Assembly: GCA_043228905.1 (NCBI GenBank)
Contig: JBHGNT010000002.1
Coordinates: forward strand, 27,218,001 to 27,282,000
Length of the DNA stretch: 64,000 bases
Reading direction: 5' to 3'
From: Azolla caroliniana
Taxonomy: Eukaryota; Plantae; Polypodiophyta
In this document: one piece after another, positions 1 through 12,849 of the stretch
Numbering within the stretch: the first letter of the stretch is position 1
Layout of the letters: every line of letters begins with the position of its first letter
Notes under the pieces: generated by a model
What the model saw: only the letters and a program-made list of their open reading frames with translations
What the model was told of the DNA's origin: nothing
Database searches by the model: none
Position numbers and translations under genes: made by a program

Positions 1-899
1 CTCTTCACTCTTGTTGTTGCTCTTTTCTTCCCACTTGTAGCTGCTTTTTTCTTTACACATGTAGGTGGTTTTTTTCTTTATGCCTATCTCTATTAGGTGT
101 GCCTTATCTTCTCTATAAAAATTTATCGTCATATTACATGTATAGCCTTCCCAAATTATAATTATGGTCTAGGCCATATCCCAAACATAACTCTCCTAGA
201 ACGTGATCCTTAAATTGCTTTATGATCCATTCTCCAATTTCTATGTTGTCAATGCCATTCACTTTGCCATTTGGATGTCCTCCACTTTTGATAAAAAATC
301 ATCGACACAATATATAACTCTACTTTGGTCGCATTAAACACTATCTCTCTCCATTAAACTAGAATTACACTTTGCCTACCTTCCTAGGTAATTTATCTTT
401 TATAGGAAAATGCTTTCTAAGAAATAAATGCTATATTATTTTGTTGGAGACCATTGGAATGAAATCTTCAGAAATTTGTTGCATTAAGGATGTGAATAAC
501 AGCATATTGTCCATGGTATGCATGAAGATTTTAAGAGAATAGTATTCAATGTGTACATGCCTTTATGAGACTAGAATGGTCTACACTTACAAAGAGAGAA
601 AATCAACAACACATGAAAAGTTTTAGATGATAACTGTTACCCAAAAATCACTTATAGCATAAAAGTTACATATATAGCTTGCTCAAATAACAAGAGCTTC
701 CCCAAAACATTTCCTTTTTTTTATTCTTGTTTTTGGGTTTTTTCTAACTTTCAGTGTTCACGAAATTTATCCAGTTTGTCTTAATATCCTCATTCACTCA
801 CAAATCTAAAAATCCTTACAGCCTTAATTTTTTTTGAAAGTGTTTAAATGTTCTGAGAAAAAGATGGATTGCAAAAGTTGCAATCCCAACATTATCTTG

Positions 900-1575
900 C
901 CACTATGTTTGAGAAAATAAAGATTTCATATTACCTTGTTGATATTAGATAATATGAAAACATTGTGCTTTGGGGCCCATTCAATCACTATCTCGTCTTC
1001 TTCCCATAGAGATATTGGCACCATGGAGAGTATATTGATACATTACAAAAGTCAAGAATATGCCAAATCATAGATTACCACATCTTGCTTGGAATGTGGG
1101 CTCTAAACTATAAAAGAATCATAAGAGCAAAACACTTTTATTTGCTTGGATAGTTTTCATCAAAAAATGGTTGAAAGGATGGGTGTGGAAGATCTCTTAG
1201 AGCTTTCCAATGATGCTATGCAATATGTAGGTATTGAGGAACGGTTAATGGAACCACTATGAAAGAAGTGGGAAGATGCTATGAGGACAAAATTAGAATA
1301 TTACATTGCAAACATCGACCCTGAATGTTGGGTTCAATTTAAGGCAAGAATTCCTATCTCAATATGATGGCATTCAACATTATCTCAATATGAACATGAG
1401 TATTAACTCTCACAGAGCCTTCACACTCCATCTCAATTGATCACACAAGCTACACATTGAAGTTGTATGTGGCATCAAAAAGTGTCAAAAAGGCATGTAA
1501 GTTCGAGAGGAATGGCTAGTAGAGGATGAATATCACTTACTTTTTACATGATCAACTTACAATGCAATACGACCT
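900..1575 (+). mobile_element. Degenerate non-LTR retrotransposon (LINE) ORF2 C-terminal fragment, probably in a SWI3 intron
   Basis: About 1519-1572 reads VEDEYHLLFT*STYNAIR, matching the LINE C-terminal E(D)ExHxxxxCxxYxxxR motif with the Cys lost to a stop. Boundaries approximate. Confidence 0.55.
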
Positions 1576-2187
1576 GAGGAGAACCCTTGTTCTTTCATCT
1601 CCCTTGCAATTTATTATGATAATGAAAGTATTACTAAAAGTTGGTTATGTATGGGCAATATCGTGCTGCGTTCTTGGATTTTAGTGGTGTTTCCCCCATT
1701 TCTGTTAGCGGTGCGGCTACTATGCTGGCATATAAAGAGGGGGGATGTAAGTGTGACATTAAAGGGAACCTCGAGCAAGTTGAATTCATACATGTATGCC
1801 TTATTTAGACATTGAGACTTACTGCTTTGAAGTATGAATATCCCCACTTAGGAAGAAGAAACATCAAGAATAGTTGTATACTGAAGGTCTCATGGGTCGA
1901 TATTGGCCTCACTATGGACTTAAAAAATATATATCTATCTTGTTCATTTGTGGGTGCTTCATTTCACCTGCAAGTATGCATAATCATGAATCCCACCCTC
2001 GAGTCAACTTTCAGAGTTGTTTCAGTGCCACTGCCTCTATTTCCAGGATCATCATCAGTGATCGCTTTCATCAAGGGGTTGAGATTGTGATTTTGAGCAT
2101 ATCTTTTTTGGATTGAAAGAAAGCAGGAAAATGTAGAGATAAAGTCAGATTTCAGGGATTAGAAGATGTGAAGGACAGAATCCTTAG

Positions 2188-2356
2188 AACTACTCTGAGA
2201 AATGGATGGATAAACGTGTCCTGCCTGAACCAGAGGTTTGCTATAAAACTACGAAATGGATGGATAAACGTGTCTTACCTGAACCAGAGGTTTGCTATAA
2301 AACTACTCTGAGAAATGGATGGATAAACGTATTCTACCTGAATCCGAGGTTTGCTA
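2188..2356. repeat. Tandem repeat, 3 x ~54-59 bp
   Basis: AACTACTCTGAGAAATGGATGGATAAACGTGTCCTGCCTGAACCAGAGGTTTGCTATAA-like units start at 2188, 2247 and 2301. Confidence 0.9.
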
Positions 2357-3189
2357 GCATTATCTAGATGCTGTTTAATTGGAATCAACGATCGTAGAGG
2401 TGGAATTGAGTTGCTACTCCAGGGTTTAGGGCTTAGGGTTTAGATGTTCCTTCTATTTTGGTTATTAGAGTCTGTCCTTCAGATAGTCTGTCCCATTTCT
2501 ACTATTTTTCACATTTAGCTATTGTGGGCAGTAGACTGCAAGTTTATGCTAGGTTGTCCACAGATTTGCAGATAATTTGTATTTCATCATCGAGGTTAGT
2601 CTGTTGAGGTAATCCTGTGTATTAATGGCCATGGTTGTGCTAAGTGATATATTCAGCTTTTTGTAATTTGCCGAAACTCATTGGAATAATATAAAGAAAG
2701 AGCTGTAGCTATTCAATGTGAAAGCTAATTTCATTTTAATATATCTATAACCAAAATAGTGCAATCATGATTTCCACCACTCTTTAAATTCCAAGGAACC
2801 TTTCAATGTCTTGTGAGGAAGAATATGAATATTTCTTGTCCTTAGGACAAGAAAGTAAAAGAGCACGGAATATGTTTAATTAGAGGCAACCTACTAGACA
2901 ACTGAACTCACCTTATATATGGCATGAATATGAAAAGGTACTATATGATATCCCTTGGCAACGCCCCCTCCCCCTCCCATTTGTATCTACCATTTTTAGT
3001 TTACAGAATGTAAGAAATGCCAATGATCAGATGATGGATTGGTAGGTGAGCACTTCATATGCCCATGCCACTTTGCTCCCTTGATAGCACACATCTTTAA
3101 TAAAGCTATGTGTGAAGGTTTCCTTACTAGCTGAATCTTCAAGAGCTGAGCTATTAGATGACAACCATGATTGGTCATTACTTGACTAA

Positions 3190-3720
3190 ATTATATGGCT
3201 CAATCCTAGAATCAGAATCGAGTGTATGGACAGAGGAATGGTTGCCATTCAACTGGACAAGTAGGCTTTTGAAAAGGGTTCACAACTTTGGATCACATAT
3301 TGACCTCTGAATACTTAACGAGTTGGCAGAGCCCTTTAGAGCAAATATTACTTATGCTGTTGAGGCATTTCAATGTGTAGCTAATAAGGTAGGTTCACTT
3401 TCATTTGAATTTTAACCTTGTAAACTAAAATAATATGCTTAGTTACTCGTTAAATGATGAGAAATGATTTATTTATGTTTGTCAATAAACCTGGATAAAA
3501 CTGGATAAAACTGGATGATGGTGTTTAACACCACTCACGCATGGGTAACAGAATCAGAATTCTTCTTGGTAGAGGAAAAGGTGGCATACATGATCCTCCA
3601 CATGCGTAGGAGGAACATTCACAGGGTCTTGTTTCTCCTCATGGCAGGTTGCCTGCGCTTGATTTTCTCGTGGATATCCAGCCCTTGTTGTTCTTGAAAG
3701 ATAATGTCCATATATATAGT
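3190..3720 (+). mobile_element. Degenerate LINE reverse-transcriptase fragments
   Basis: GQVGF*KGFTTLDHILT near 3255-3305 resembles the RT QxGFRxxxSTxDHIxTL motif; MMVFNTTHAWV at 3515 resembles the post-[10 protein letters not shown] motif. Contains stops and frameshifts. Confidence 0.55.
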
Positions 3721-3740
3721 TCCAAGAGTCCAAACTAAAT

Positions 3741-3894
3741 TCACTCCTACACACGCTATATATCAATTGAGGGTCACACAAGTAGATTCCTGAAGTGGAC
3801 ATTGCAAAGAATAATCACAGTTTGCGTTATCCCCATCACTCCTACATATGCTATAAATCAATCAACGGTCACGCAAGTGGGCTCCTGAAGAGGA
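3741..3894. repeat. Diverged direct repeat, 2 x ~58 bp, 95-bp period
   Basis: TCACTCCTACA...GGTCAC.CAAGT...TCCTGAAG.GGA at 3741 and 3836. Confidence 0.75.
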
Positions 3895-4437
3895 TTTCGA
3901 AAATAGTCGGATTCTTTAGTTCATTTTTATTTGCTTTTTTATTTAATTACATCTATTTGAAATGTTGTTAGCAAGAAGCGTAAGGTCTTATAAGCCATTT
4001 TGACCTCTCAAAAGACGGTGAAATATCTTTCTTTTCTTTTGCAGCAGTTTGTAAGAGAATGCCTTTGCATGTTTTTCTCATTGGAAACTTGAGGAACCAA
4101 TCTTTCAAATTCAAGGCAAGGAGTGTGATTATTAGATTGATTTTTGCTTTTACAGCAATTATAAGTCTCTATTTTGACTATATTCCAATATGTATAGCAA
4201 ATTGGAAATTAGTTTTTAAATATTGAACTATAGGCCCAGATTTAGCATTTTCAAATGATGTCAATTACAGTGCTTTTATTAAAATATCTGCACTGATACA
4301 GCTGGTGCATGTACGTGTATATATATACTACAGTTCTGATTTTGTATAAATTAATTTGATCCACTCATTAGTAACTTCTGAGACACTTGTCCTGTGAAGT
4401 ACTGTTATCATTCTTTGGAATCATTCTCCTGTTGCAG

Positions 4438-6503
4438 GACGGATTTCTGCTTTGTGAAGAGTGTTTCTCAACAGGCAATAACATTATAAAAGAGGACTTT
4501 GTGTTGAAAGAAGCCAAGTTGTCAACAAGTGATAACTTAATAAAAGGAGACTCTGTATTGAAAGAAGCTAAGGTGGATTCTCATATACCTCGGGATGATT
4601 GGACCAAAGAAGAAGTATTGCTATTGCTTGAGGCTTTAACAAAATACAGAGAGAACTGGGATCTTATAGCACATCATGTAGAAACAAGATCAAAGGCCGA
4701 GTGCATCATGCAGTTCATGAAGCTACCATTTGGAGATCAGTTTATTGATAGCAATAGTCTGGATAGCTCTATGCAATATGCTATGCCAACATCTGACACT
4801 AAAACAGAAACCATTCACAAGGATATAAATGCAGAACAGGAAAATAGCAGGGCTACTGCTGATATTTCGATGGAAGTAGATGGTGTTGGAAAAAACTTTG
4901 AATTCATGCCACCATCAAAGAGGAAGAGGACAACACCTCTTGCTGACACAAGTAACCCTATTTTGGCTCAGGTTAGTTTTAAGGAAAATCTCTGAAATAC
5001 CTTGTTTTTCTTTATTTCCAAACTTCTCCTAAGTTTTTGTTATTTCCCCAAATGTCATTGGTCAGGCCACTCTATAGTAATTATAAGTACGATTTGAGCA
5101 AGTATATGGTTGACTGGTTGAGGAGCATATATATATATGTGCTGTTTGAGCATATGTGAATTCTGTTTATCTCCTTTTTCTCTTAGTAAATTTTTGTTTT
5201 GTTGGGGATCTAAAGAAAAACCCTTGATCTAATTATACTCTAGACATTAATTTGGCTTGATATAAGGGGTCTCTGTTTGAACTCACTACTTTGAAGCAAT
5301 GGTGGTAGGTAGCCTTTTTATCAGCTATGGTGGGTCCACGTGTAGCTGCAGCTGCAGCACAGGCAGCTTTGATTGCCCTTGCCGAAGAGGACCCAGTGTC
5401 TTCTCAGTTCATGTCATCTATACTTCCGAGTCAGAAAGACACCTTGTTTAGTGGATCTCAAATTACAAGGTTGATGTCTGAATGCTTTTTCAGATTGTTT
5501 TGCAGTATTTTTATTTATGTTTCTAAATAAGATATTCTTTGCTCTCTAATCTAGTGGCAAAGAAATTTTAAAAAAAGAGGAATCGAATGAACCAAAACAC
5601 GATTTGACGTCCAGCAAAGGTGTGCACTAATAAATTACTTTTCAATAGTTAATAAGATGTTTAGAGAAATTTGTGAATCAATGCGAGTCCCTCTTTTGAT
5701 TATCATTACATTTCTTTGAACTGATTCTATAAAACTTAAGAGCTGCTCATCTTCCAAACTGACTCTCTATGACGTTGCCCGTTGGATACCAAAAATATCT
5801 ACATTTTCAGAAGTTCCAAATTCTAAAGATGTGGAAACTGAGTCTAGCCAACAAGCACTTCCTTCAGCAACCCAAATCAGGGCTGGCATTGCAACAGCCA
5901 TAGGTGCAGTTGCAGCAAATGCAAAGCTTCTTGCTGATCAGGAGGAACGTGAAATTGAGTACCTTATGGCTACTATCATTGACAATCAGGTAAAATTATA
6001 TGGTAAACACCATTAAGATTTAGTATATTTACTAGAATACTGCCAGTGGGTTTTGGAGTACTGCAATTTGCTTAGCATAATGTTTTTATTAAATGCCCCT
6101 AAGATTTTCCATACATTAACCAGAATGCCCCTCTATACTAAAACCTAGATTTGTGTCCTTGTCATTATGTCAAGCCTTGGTATTCTGGTAGAAAACAAAA
6201 GTTACTGGTATTCTGGTGTTTTGCGCAAACCATATCACCTTACATGTTTTCTGATCACCATAAATAATCACTGTTGTAGGTGATTAATTATCAAAATCTC
6301 TCATAGTTGATCATTGAAATATCCCTTTGATTAATCATAAAAATGTGCTGCAGTTAAAGAAGCTGTGTAGTAAAGTGGAACACTTTAAGGAGCTAGAACG
6401 CTTGCTAAAGGAAGAGCATACACAGATGGAAAGGACACAAACACAGGTGCTGGCTGATTGGATACGATTTTCTCATTACAATTACAATGCAGGGCGTGGT
6501 TGA
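4438..6503 (+). CDS. SWI3: SWI/SNF complex subunit SWI3 (SWI3A/B-like), 3' exons only; the 5' (SWIRM) part lies upstream of the window
   Basis: Exons read from GT/AG sites with frame conserved: 4438-4971, 5309-5469, 5555-5619, 5811-5989, 6354-6503 (TGA). Motifs: end of a ZZ-like finger (DGFLLCEECF), SANT domain (DWTKEEVLLLLEAL...WDLIAHHV...LPFGDQF), PLADTSNPILAQVAFLSAMVGPRVAAAAAQAAL, and the SWIRM-associated AKLLADQEEREIEYLMATIIDNQLKKL. Confidence 0.92.
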
Positions 6504-7258
6504 AGAGGCAGAAGAAACCTCAAAATGAGCAAAAGAAATGTGGTTCCTAGCTAATCCAAACAAAAATCCTCTCATTTTACAAGTGAAGATACTATCTATT
6601 TATGTTGTGCGCATGAGAGGTTTCATATGCAAAATAAAGCCCCACCTGGAGAAAAGCAGAAACGCTAATTTTGTCGAGCATGTGAATCAAAGCATAGCCC
6701 ATCCAACTCAATGAGCTATCCAGCCATATATAACACTGATATGCAATGCAATGCTTGGGTTTTCGTTTTCTCTTGTTGCTGTGGAAATGTTGAGTATGCC
6801 TCAGCTATGTAGAATATGCATAAAAAATTGGAAATTGTTATAGTGAGCATTTCGTTTTTACAATTGTAAGACCATGAAATGGGCATATTTTTATTGATCT
6901 AGATATATCTTTGAGTGGCTGTAAATTTTTTTGTTTTAACGATTAATCAGATCCTCTTAAGATAATGTAAGATAAGCCTACAGTGTATTCAACATATGAT
7001 ATTGTCAGCAATGTTTGTCAGGTAAGCCAACAGTGTACAGGAGTATGAATTGGAAGTATGAAATGGTTGGCCACGTGTAACCTGCTTCTTGAGTAAATGC
7101 ATCCATATTGGCTTGATATATAAACATCAATCTGTGGATGATACAATCAGTATTCTTAAAAGCCCAGTTTCGACAATTTCTAAAAGATATATATAATATT
7201 TAGAGGTCAAATTTCCTATATCTTATATAGTCTTCTTCACAAGGTAGCACTATAATAA

Positions 7259-7453
7259 ACCTTTCAGCTCAGAACCATAAAAGAGGCTCACTAGGACCAT
7301 CTCTCTATAAGTCCCACAATATTGACATTGCTACTCGAACTCTAATAAACCTTTATTACCTTTCAGCTCAGAACCATAAAAAGAGGCTCACTGGGACCAT
7401 CTCTCTAAAGTCCCATAACATTGACATTCCTACTCGGACTCTAATAAACCTTT
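7259..7453. repeat. Tandem duplication, 2 x ~97 bp
   Basis: ACCTTTCAGCTCAGAACCATAAAAGAGGCTCACT...CTCTAATAAACCTTT at ~7259 and ~7358. Confidence 0.9.
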
Positions 7454-8123
7454 GTTTTGTTATGTTGACAGACAGCCTTTGACATCCCCCCACAAGAGCC
7501 TTGCATATTGAACCCACAGAGACAGGGTTGATCCAAGTTCTAACATTTGATTTTTTATCCATTGCATTAAGCATGACGGAATCCATTTTTATTTAAAATG
7601 AACGAGTTTTGGCTACACAACCCAAATTTCATTGCTCGTCACCATAATCATCCTCTTCAATAGTAAAATCCTACAGTAAGTGACATTTTGATTAAAGGAC
7701 ATCATTATACAGTGCAAAATAAACTTAGATCCTTTAATCAAGAATAGGCATGTAAAATTAAATATTTCTGGTTATTGAGCACCTATATTCTTGGATGGTG
7801 CCATATAATAAGGTTCCCATGATGAATGACCTTTTGATCAATGAAGATCATTAAACCTAACAAAATTTATTGTGTTCCTCCTTTAAAAAGAAAAAGCAGC
7901 AACGGGCAGCTTAAAATGATCCCACAACCCATAAATGTATATCAAAAATCAGAAATAAAAACTAAATCAAAAATTATCCAACCATTTGACAGTTTCTTCT
8001 TGTTGGTATTGGTGGTGAATTCTAACCTAAAACTATCTCATGTTTCATCATCATCCTCACCTCACTCATCATTATTCTCAGGATCCTCCTTAGAAACATA
8101 AGGAAAGATTCCATGAAGAAGAC

Positions 8124-10157
8124 TTAACCGCCTCCAGAGCCATAGGTCTTGCCAAAGAAGATTAACTGAAGTTGATCATATCCAGCAAGGACACCTGCAC
8201 CTGCAACGGCTCGAAGGATATTCGCACCTGCTCCCTTAAATAGTGACTTGGTTCCTTCATTCTTCAGGATCTGAGAAAAGCAATCAAAAGAACCTTTGTA
8301 CTTCACAGCTTCACCAGATGTCATCATCATCCTACGCCTCACTGTATCAATGGGATATGAAGCTAGCCCAGCACCTGTTGTGATGCTCCATCCAAGTAGA
8401 AAACTAGCCAGAAAGTTGTCCTGTATATATATATGTCGAACAATAAAAAACCAATGGTGCGTAAGTTTAGGGAATGTTGAACGGGATCATAGATTTTGGG
8501 ACAAATCTTGAAACCACAATAAAAAAGATATCGCAATTTGGAAATTTATATATATATATGACAATAAAAAACCGATGGTGCTTAAGTTTAGGGAATATTG
8601 AACGGGATTATAGATTTTGGGACAGATCATGAAACCACAATAAAAAAGAAATCGCCACTTGGAAATTAATTCAAGGTAAAAAAGCTAAGTCAATCCTCAA
8701 AACCAACAAAATAACAACTTTGCCCAAACATTATGAGAAAATGAGACAAAATTCTAATTCAAATGCATCATAGATTAAACAGAAAAATCAATGAAATGCT
8801 AAGCCAAACTAGTAGCAATATAGGAGACAGCAAAATAATGAGTGTACAATCTTCTATGCTAAAAAAGAGCACAAACTTCTATATTTGGCAAAATCATGAG
8901 CATGGCTGAAATTTTCATGATTAATAAGAACTATTTGCAACATTCATTATTTTTAAAAAAACCATTAATAGGAAGTGAAGTGTTCACCTGGAGTGTACCA
9001 GTCAGGAGCACAGGTTTCAATGAGTCATACATTCCAAAGTAAAGACCCCGATACACAATGATCCCAACACAAGAGATGGTGAAACCACGATATAAACCAC
9101 CAATTCCATCAGAAGCAATAGTCTTCTTGTAAACATCAAGGAGACCATTGAACTGTCGCTCTCCACCTTTTTTGGCTGCTTTATTATCATTCGCAAGACG
9201 GGTTCGAGCATAATCAAGTGAATAAACAAACAACAGAGACGATGCCCCCGCAGCTCCTCCTGAAGCTAAATTACCAAAGAACCAAGGCCAGTAGCCATCT
9301 TTATCCTTCTTCTTGTTGAAGAGCTTCTTGAAGTAATCCTTGAACGCAAAGTTGAGTGCCTAGACCAAATGGAAAGGAGAGGAAAAAGAAACAGGTTACA
9401 TATGTTAATTCTAAAAGACGCAAATAAATCAGTCAGAGAAGAGGTTAAAAATAAGAGATCCAGAAAAAAAGTAACGCTAAACACTCTTATCTATTTCCAT
9501 GAATGCCCCTCAATTTTCGTTATTCCTAAACTGGCCTTATTCAACAACCAAGGGAAAACAAGGGATTCCATAGTGTGGACTCTTTACAATGTAAAATGCA
9601 CGAGTAATTTGGTTTAGGATTTACTTTTCCTGTGCATTTCCAACCAAGTATACAGTCTACTTTTTTTTCTTATTGGCATACATATATATGCCCCTAACCT
9701 GGGTTGGGAAGTATCGGATGACATTAGCAGTGTTCCCACGCCATAGGGAGATAAACCCTTCATCAGCCACAGTACGCTTGAAGCAATTCCCAATACCAGT
9801 ATATGGCTCACTGAGCCTACCAGCCTTGATCATCTCGTTCTGGTTCTGAATGAGCAATTTCACGCGCTCAATGGGCGCAGCAGCAGTCTTTGAGACCGCA
9901 GCAGAGACCCCACCCATCATGAAATCAACCGCAAAAGCATAAGGCCCATTCTTGTCGATTGGGGCCGCAGCAAACACATGATCTTCAGAATGGAAAGGGG
10001 AAGCTTCCCTTGACATCGTCGGTCTAGTATAGCAAGTGGATGGCAACCCTTGATATTGGTGGTAGTTCACCACACGGGTATCATACAAAGTTCTTGGTGT
10101 CATTCCAAGACCCATGTATCCCGAAAGCTTCTGAGCTCGAGATCTTTCGACCGCCAT
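8124..10157 (-). CDS. AAC: Mitochondrial ADP/ATP carrier (adenine nucleotide translocator), ~375 aa with a plant-type N-terminal extension
   Basis: Exons 10157-9699, 9359-8988, 8420-8124 (TAA), all phase 0. Motifs: [63 protein letters not shown], the AAC signature RRRMMM and [10 protein letters not shown]. Confidence 0.97.
8425..8666. repeat. Tandem duplication, 2 x ~120 bp, at the 3' end of the last AAC intron
   Basis: ACAATAAAAAACC.ATGGTGC.TAAGTTTAGGGAAT.TTGAACGGGAT...TTGGAAATT occurs twice. Confidence 0.9.
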
Positions 10158-12297
10158 TGTGACCCACCAATCACTGCTATGAAACAAAATATGGTTAGTC
10201 ACCAAAAACATAAGCAATAGGTGAAGAATACTAATTAGTCGAAATTAAAACAATGACTGGTCATCAGAAGGATAGCAATACTCTATTTCTGATACCTTTT
10301 ACTATTCTTTAGTTAAAATAGCTGAAAGGATACGTTATTCACAGCATTAATTTCATCCCATTTCGGCACTTAAGGAGCATAGTTTTCATATATAAATCAA
10401 TATACAACTTTCATCAAAGTTACTAGAAGATTAGCACAAGACATATATTGTGTGAAGCAATCATATGCGCTCTTTTATATAAACGAAACATACAATTTCG
10501 ATACGAAACCATATGCCGAATGCAATTTACCAAACTCAATATGTTCAGTTACTTCTTTACCTTCTCAATCTTTCATTTCTATCAAAAATAAAACTCAGAT
10601 GCACACAACCATCAATCATCGTAAAACACCCACGGGATGCCAAAACCCTCTTTAAATTATTAGACACATTAATCAAAATACAAATGTGTTATGCGACTCG
10701 AAGATCTGATATCTGATAAAGTCGTTAATAGATATATAGGAATGAAAAGAATGCTGGATGATTGAAGGACAAAACATGACCTAAGATCTAAGCTTTTAAG
10801 GTCAGGAAACAAGGAAAGGCCCAAAGAGGACAAAATCATGACGAGAGAGACAATTTTCTGCGAGAATTGAAACGAAATTCTAAAATATTTAAAATGAAAT
10901 TTACAATTACAAGGAATTTTGCGACATTTAAATTGATTTCTTCAATGTAAGAAGGAATTGTGCAATGATGAATATCTTAAAGCCTAGATCTGATTAAATT
11001 GACGCAGTTTAGAAAAGAAATAAAGAGAAATCCAGAAAAATAGAGGCAAATTGCCAAGATCTGACTGACAGACGAAGTTGAAATCGGAATATGAAGAGAT
11101 CAGACTGATTATTGGATCTGGTTATATGCTAAAAAGAATTTTTCTTATGAACAGAAAAGAAAAATGAAAGACACATTGCAATGTCCCTGACAAGGAGGAT
11201 GACATCTTGCCAATAATGGTTGTGAGCATATCACGGTTATGTGATCTGATTATCTAAGACTTGAGATATTTTTCTCAAGGTAAAGCGTATACAAAAGAGG
11301 AGTGCAGAGAAAAATACAGGTTGTTTACTCATATTCGTCGTTGTATGTTCGTTATCCTGAGACACATATTCATACATAGTACAAGAGAACACGTCAGATC
11401 CACAACAGACAATACAGAGAAAGTGAGATTAACAATCAAGTGTATATATAGAATCCAGGAGCGAGAGCTACGAAATTCTAAATGTCTACTCCAGATCGGC
11501 TAAACTAGACTAGGAGAAGAAGGAAAGAGATACTAGAAACAGTAATCTGCACCTATAACATCTTCCTGAAGTATGTTATTGTTCCGAAACAAAATTCAGA
11601 CGCACGAATACCATATCGTCGCACATAAACAGACAAAGAGAGAATAAAGAAGGACGTAGAGGCTTCCTTAGTTCACAGATCTAGATACATAAGGCGAGGG
11701 AGAAAAGAAAGCACGGAGAAGAGGTTACTTAACAGGACGGCAGGAGAGAGAGAGAGAGAGTGGAAGCATCTTTTGCAGAACCACGGACAAACAGAGAAAG
11801 AAAGATGTAACTTGATAGATCTACAGATAAAGAAAGAAAGAGTGCTTACAGGATGGCAAGATAGATCCGGAGATAAGAAAAACGCTAGAAGGGGAGAGAT
11901 ATTGTAAAGTTTGAGAGATCTAGAAAGATAAGCTATGTAAATAATGGGATCTTTACAATGTTAGGTGCCAGATCCATGGACAAGCTATGGAAAGGAAGAG
12001 ATCTTTACAATGATGTATGAGAGATCCACGGACAAACTAGAAAAAATTAAGCAGAGAGAGGGAACATTATCTGAAACGTTTACATACATAGAGAGGTATG
12101 TTGGAGAGAGAGAGAAATTCAAAGACAAAAAAACCCACACAAACACACAGAGGATAATTGGGAGATCTACAGACAGACAAACTCTAATCAAGAGAGCTTA
12201 ATAGATAGATCCACAGGAAAATACATTCAAGTGGAGAGAGCTTACCTGATAGATCAACAGAAATCTAGAGAGAGAGAGAGAGAGAGAGAGAAGTTAC

Positions 12298-12400
12298 CTG
12301 GCTCGCTCAGGCTCCGGGAGAGTGAGTGTGTGGAGTGGAGGAGGAAGAGAAGAAGCAGAAGGAGAAGGAAAGGAGGTGAAGAAAGCTCAGCGTTCTTATA
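12298..12400 (-). promoter_or_regulatory. Putative AAC core promoter and non-coding first exon
   Basis: On the minus strand: TATAAG at 12400-12395, a CT-rich leader, donor CAG|GTAAC at 12298/12297, then (CT)n. A ~2.1-kb 5'UTR intron ends at CTAAC...TAG/CAG near 10177-10174, just before the ATG. Confidence 0.6.
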
Positions 12401-12552
12401 CTCTCTCTTCTAATTTATTTATTTCTTTTTATTTAGTGGCTGATTGATTGGTTTAAATTAGATGTGTAGAGAGAGATAATATAATATGCTGTTTTTTGTC
12501 TTTTTCTCGGTCTCGTTATTACTATTATATATTTTTAATAATGGCCATTTCC

Positions 12553-12690
<138 letters not shown>

Positions 12691-12849
12691 TTCCATCGAG
12701 ATATATGTATGCACAAGCACCACATTATCGTTTTTTCGCACGTGACACACGCCACTCTCAATTTTGTTCTATATTTCCTGAGTCGCGAGTAGCTTTGTCA
12801 TGGTGTTATTAGAACACATTCGTACATTTATGCACAATCTCGGTCCATC

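Noticed and set aside
2421-2443. Interstitial telomere (GGGTTTAGGGCTTAGGGTTTAG)
   Set aside because: Only ~3 imperfect units; short telo-box-like motifs are common in plant genomes.
8425-8666. Tandem intronic snoRNAs in AAC
   Set aside because: No C/D boxes (RUGAUGA/CUGA) or H/ACA hairpin architecture on the sense strand.
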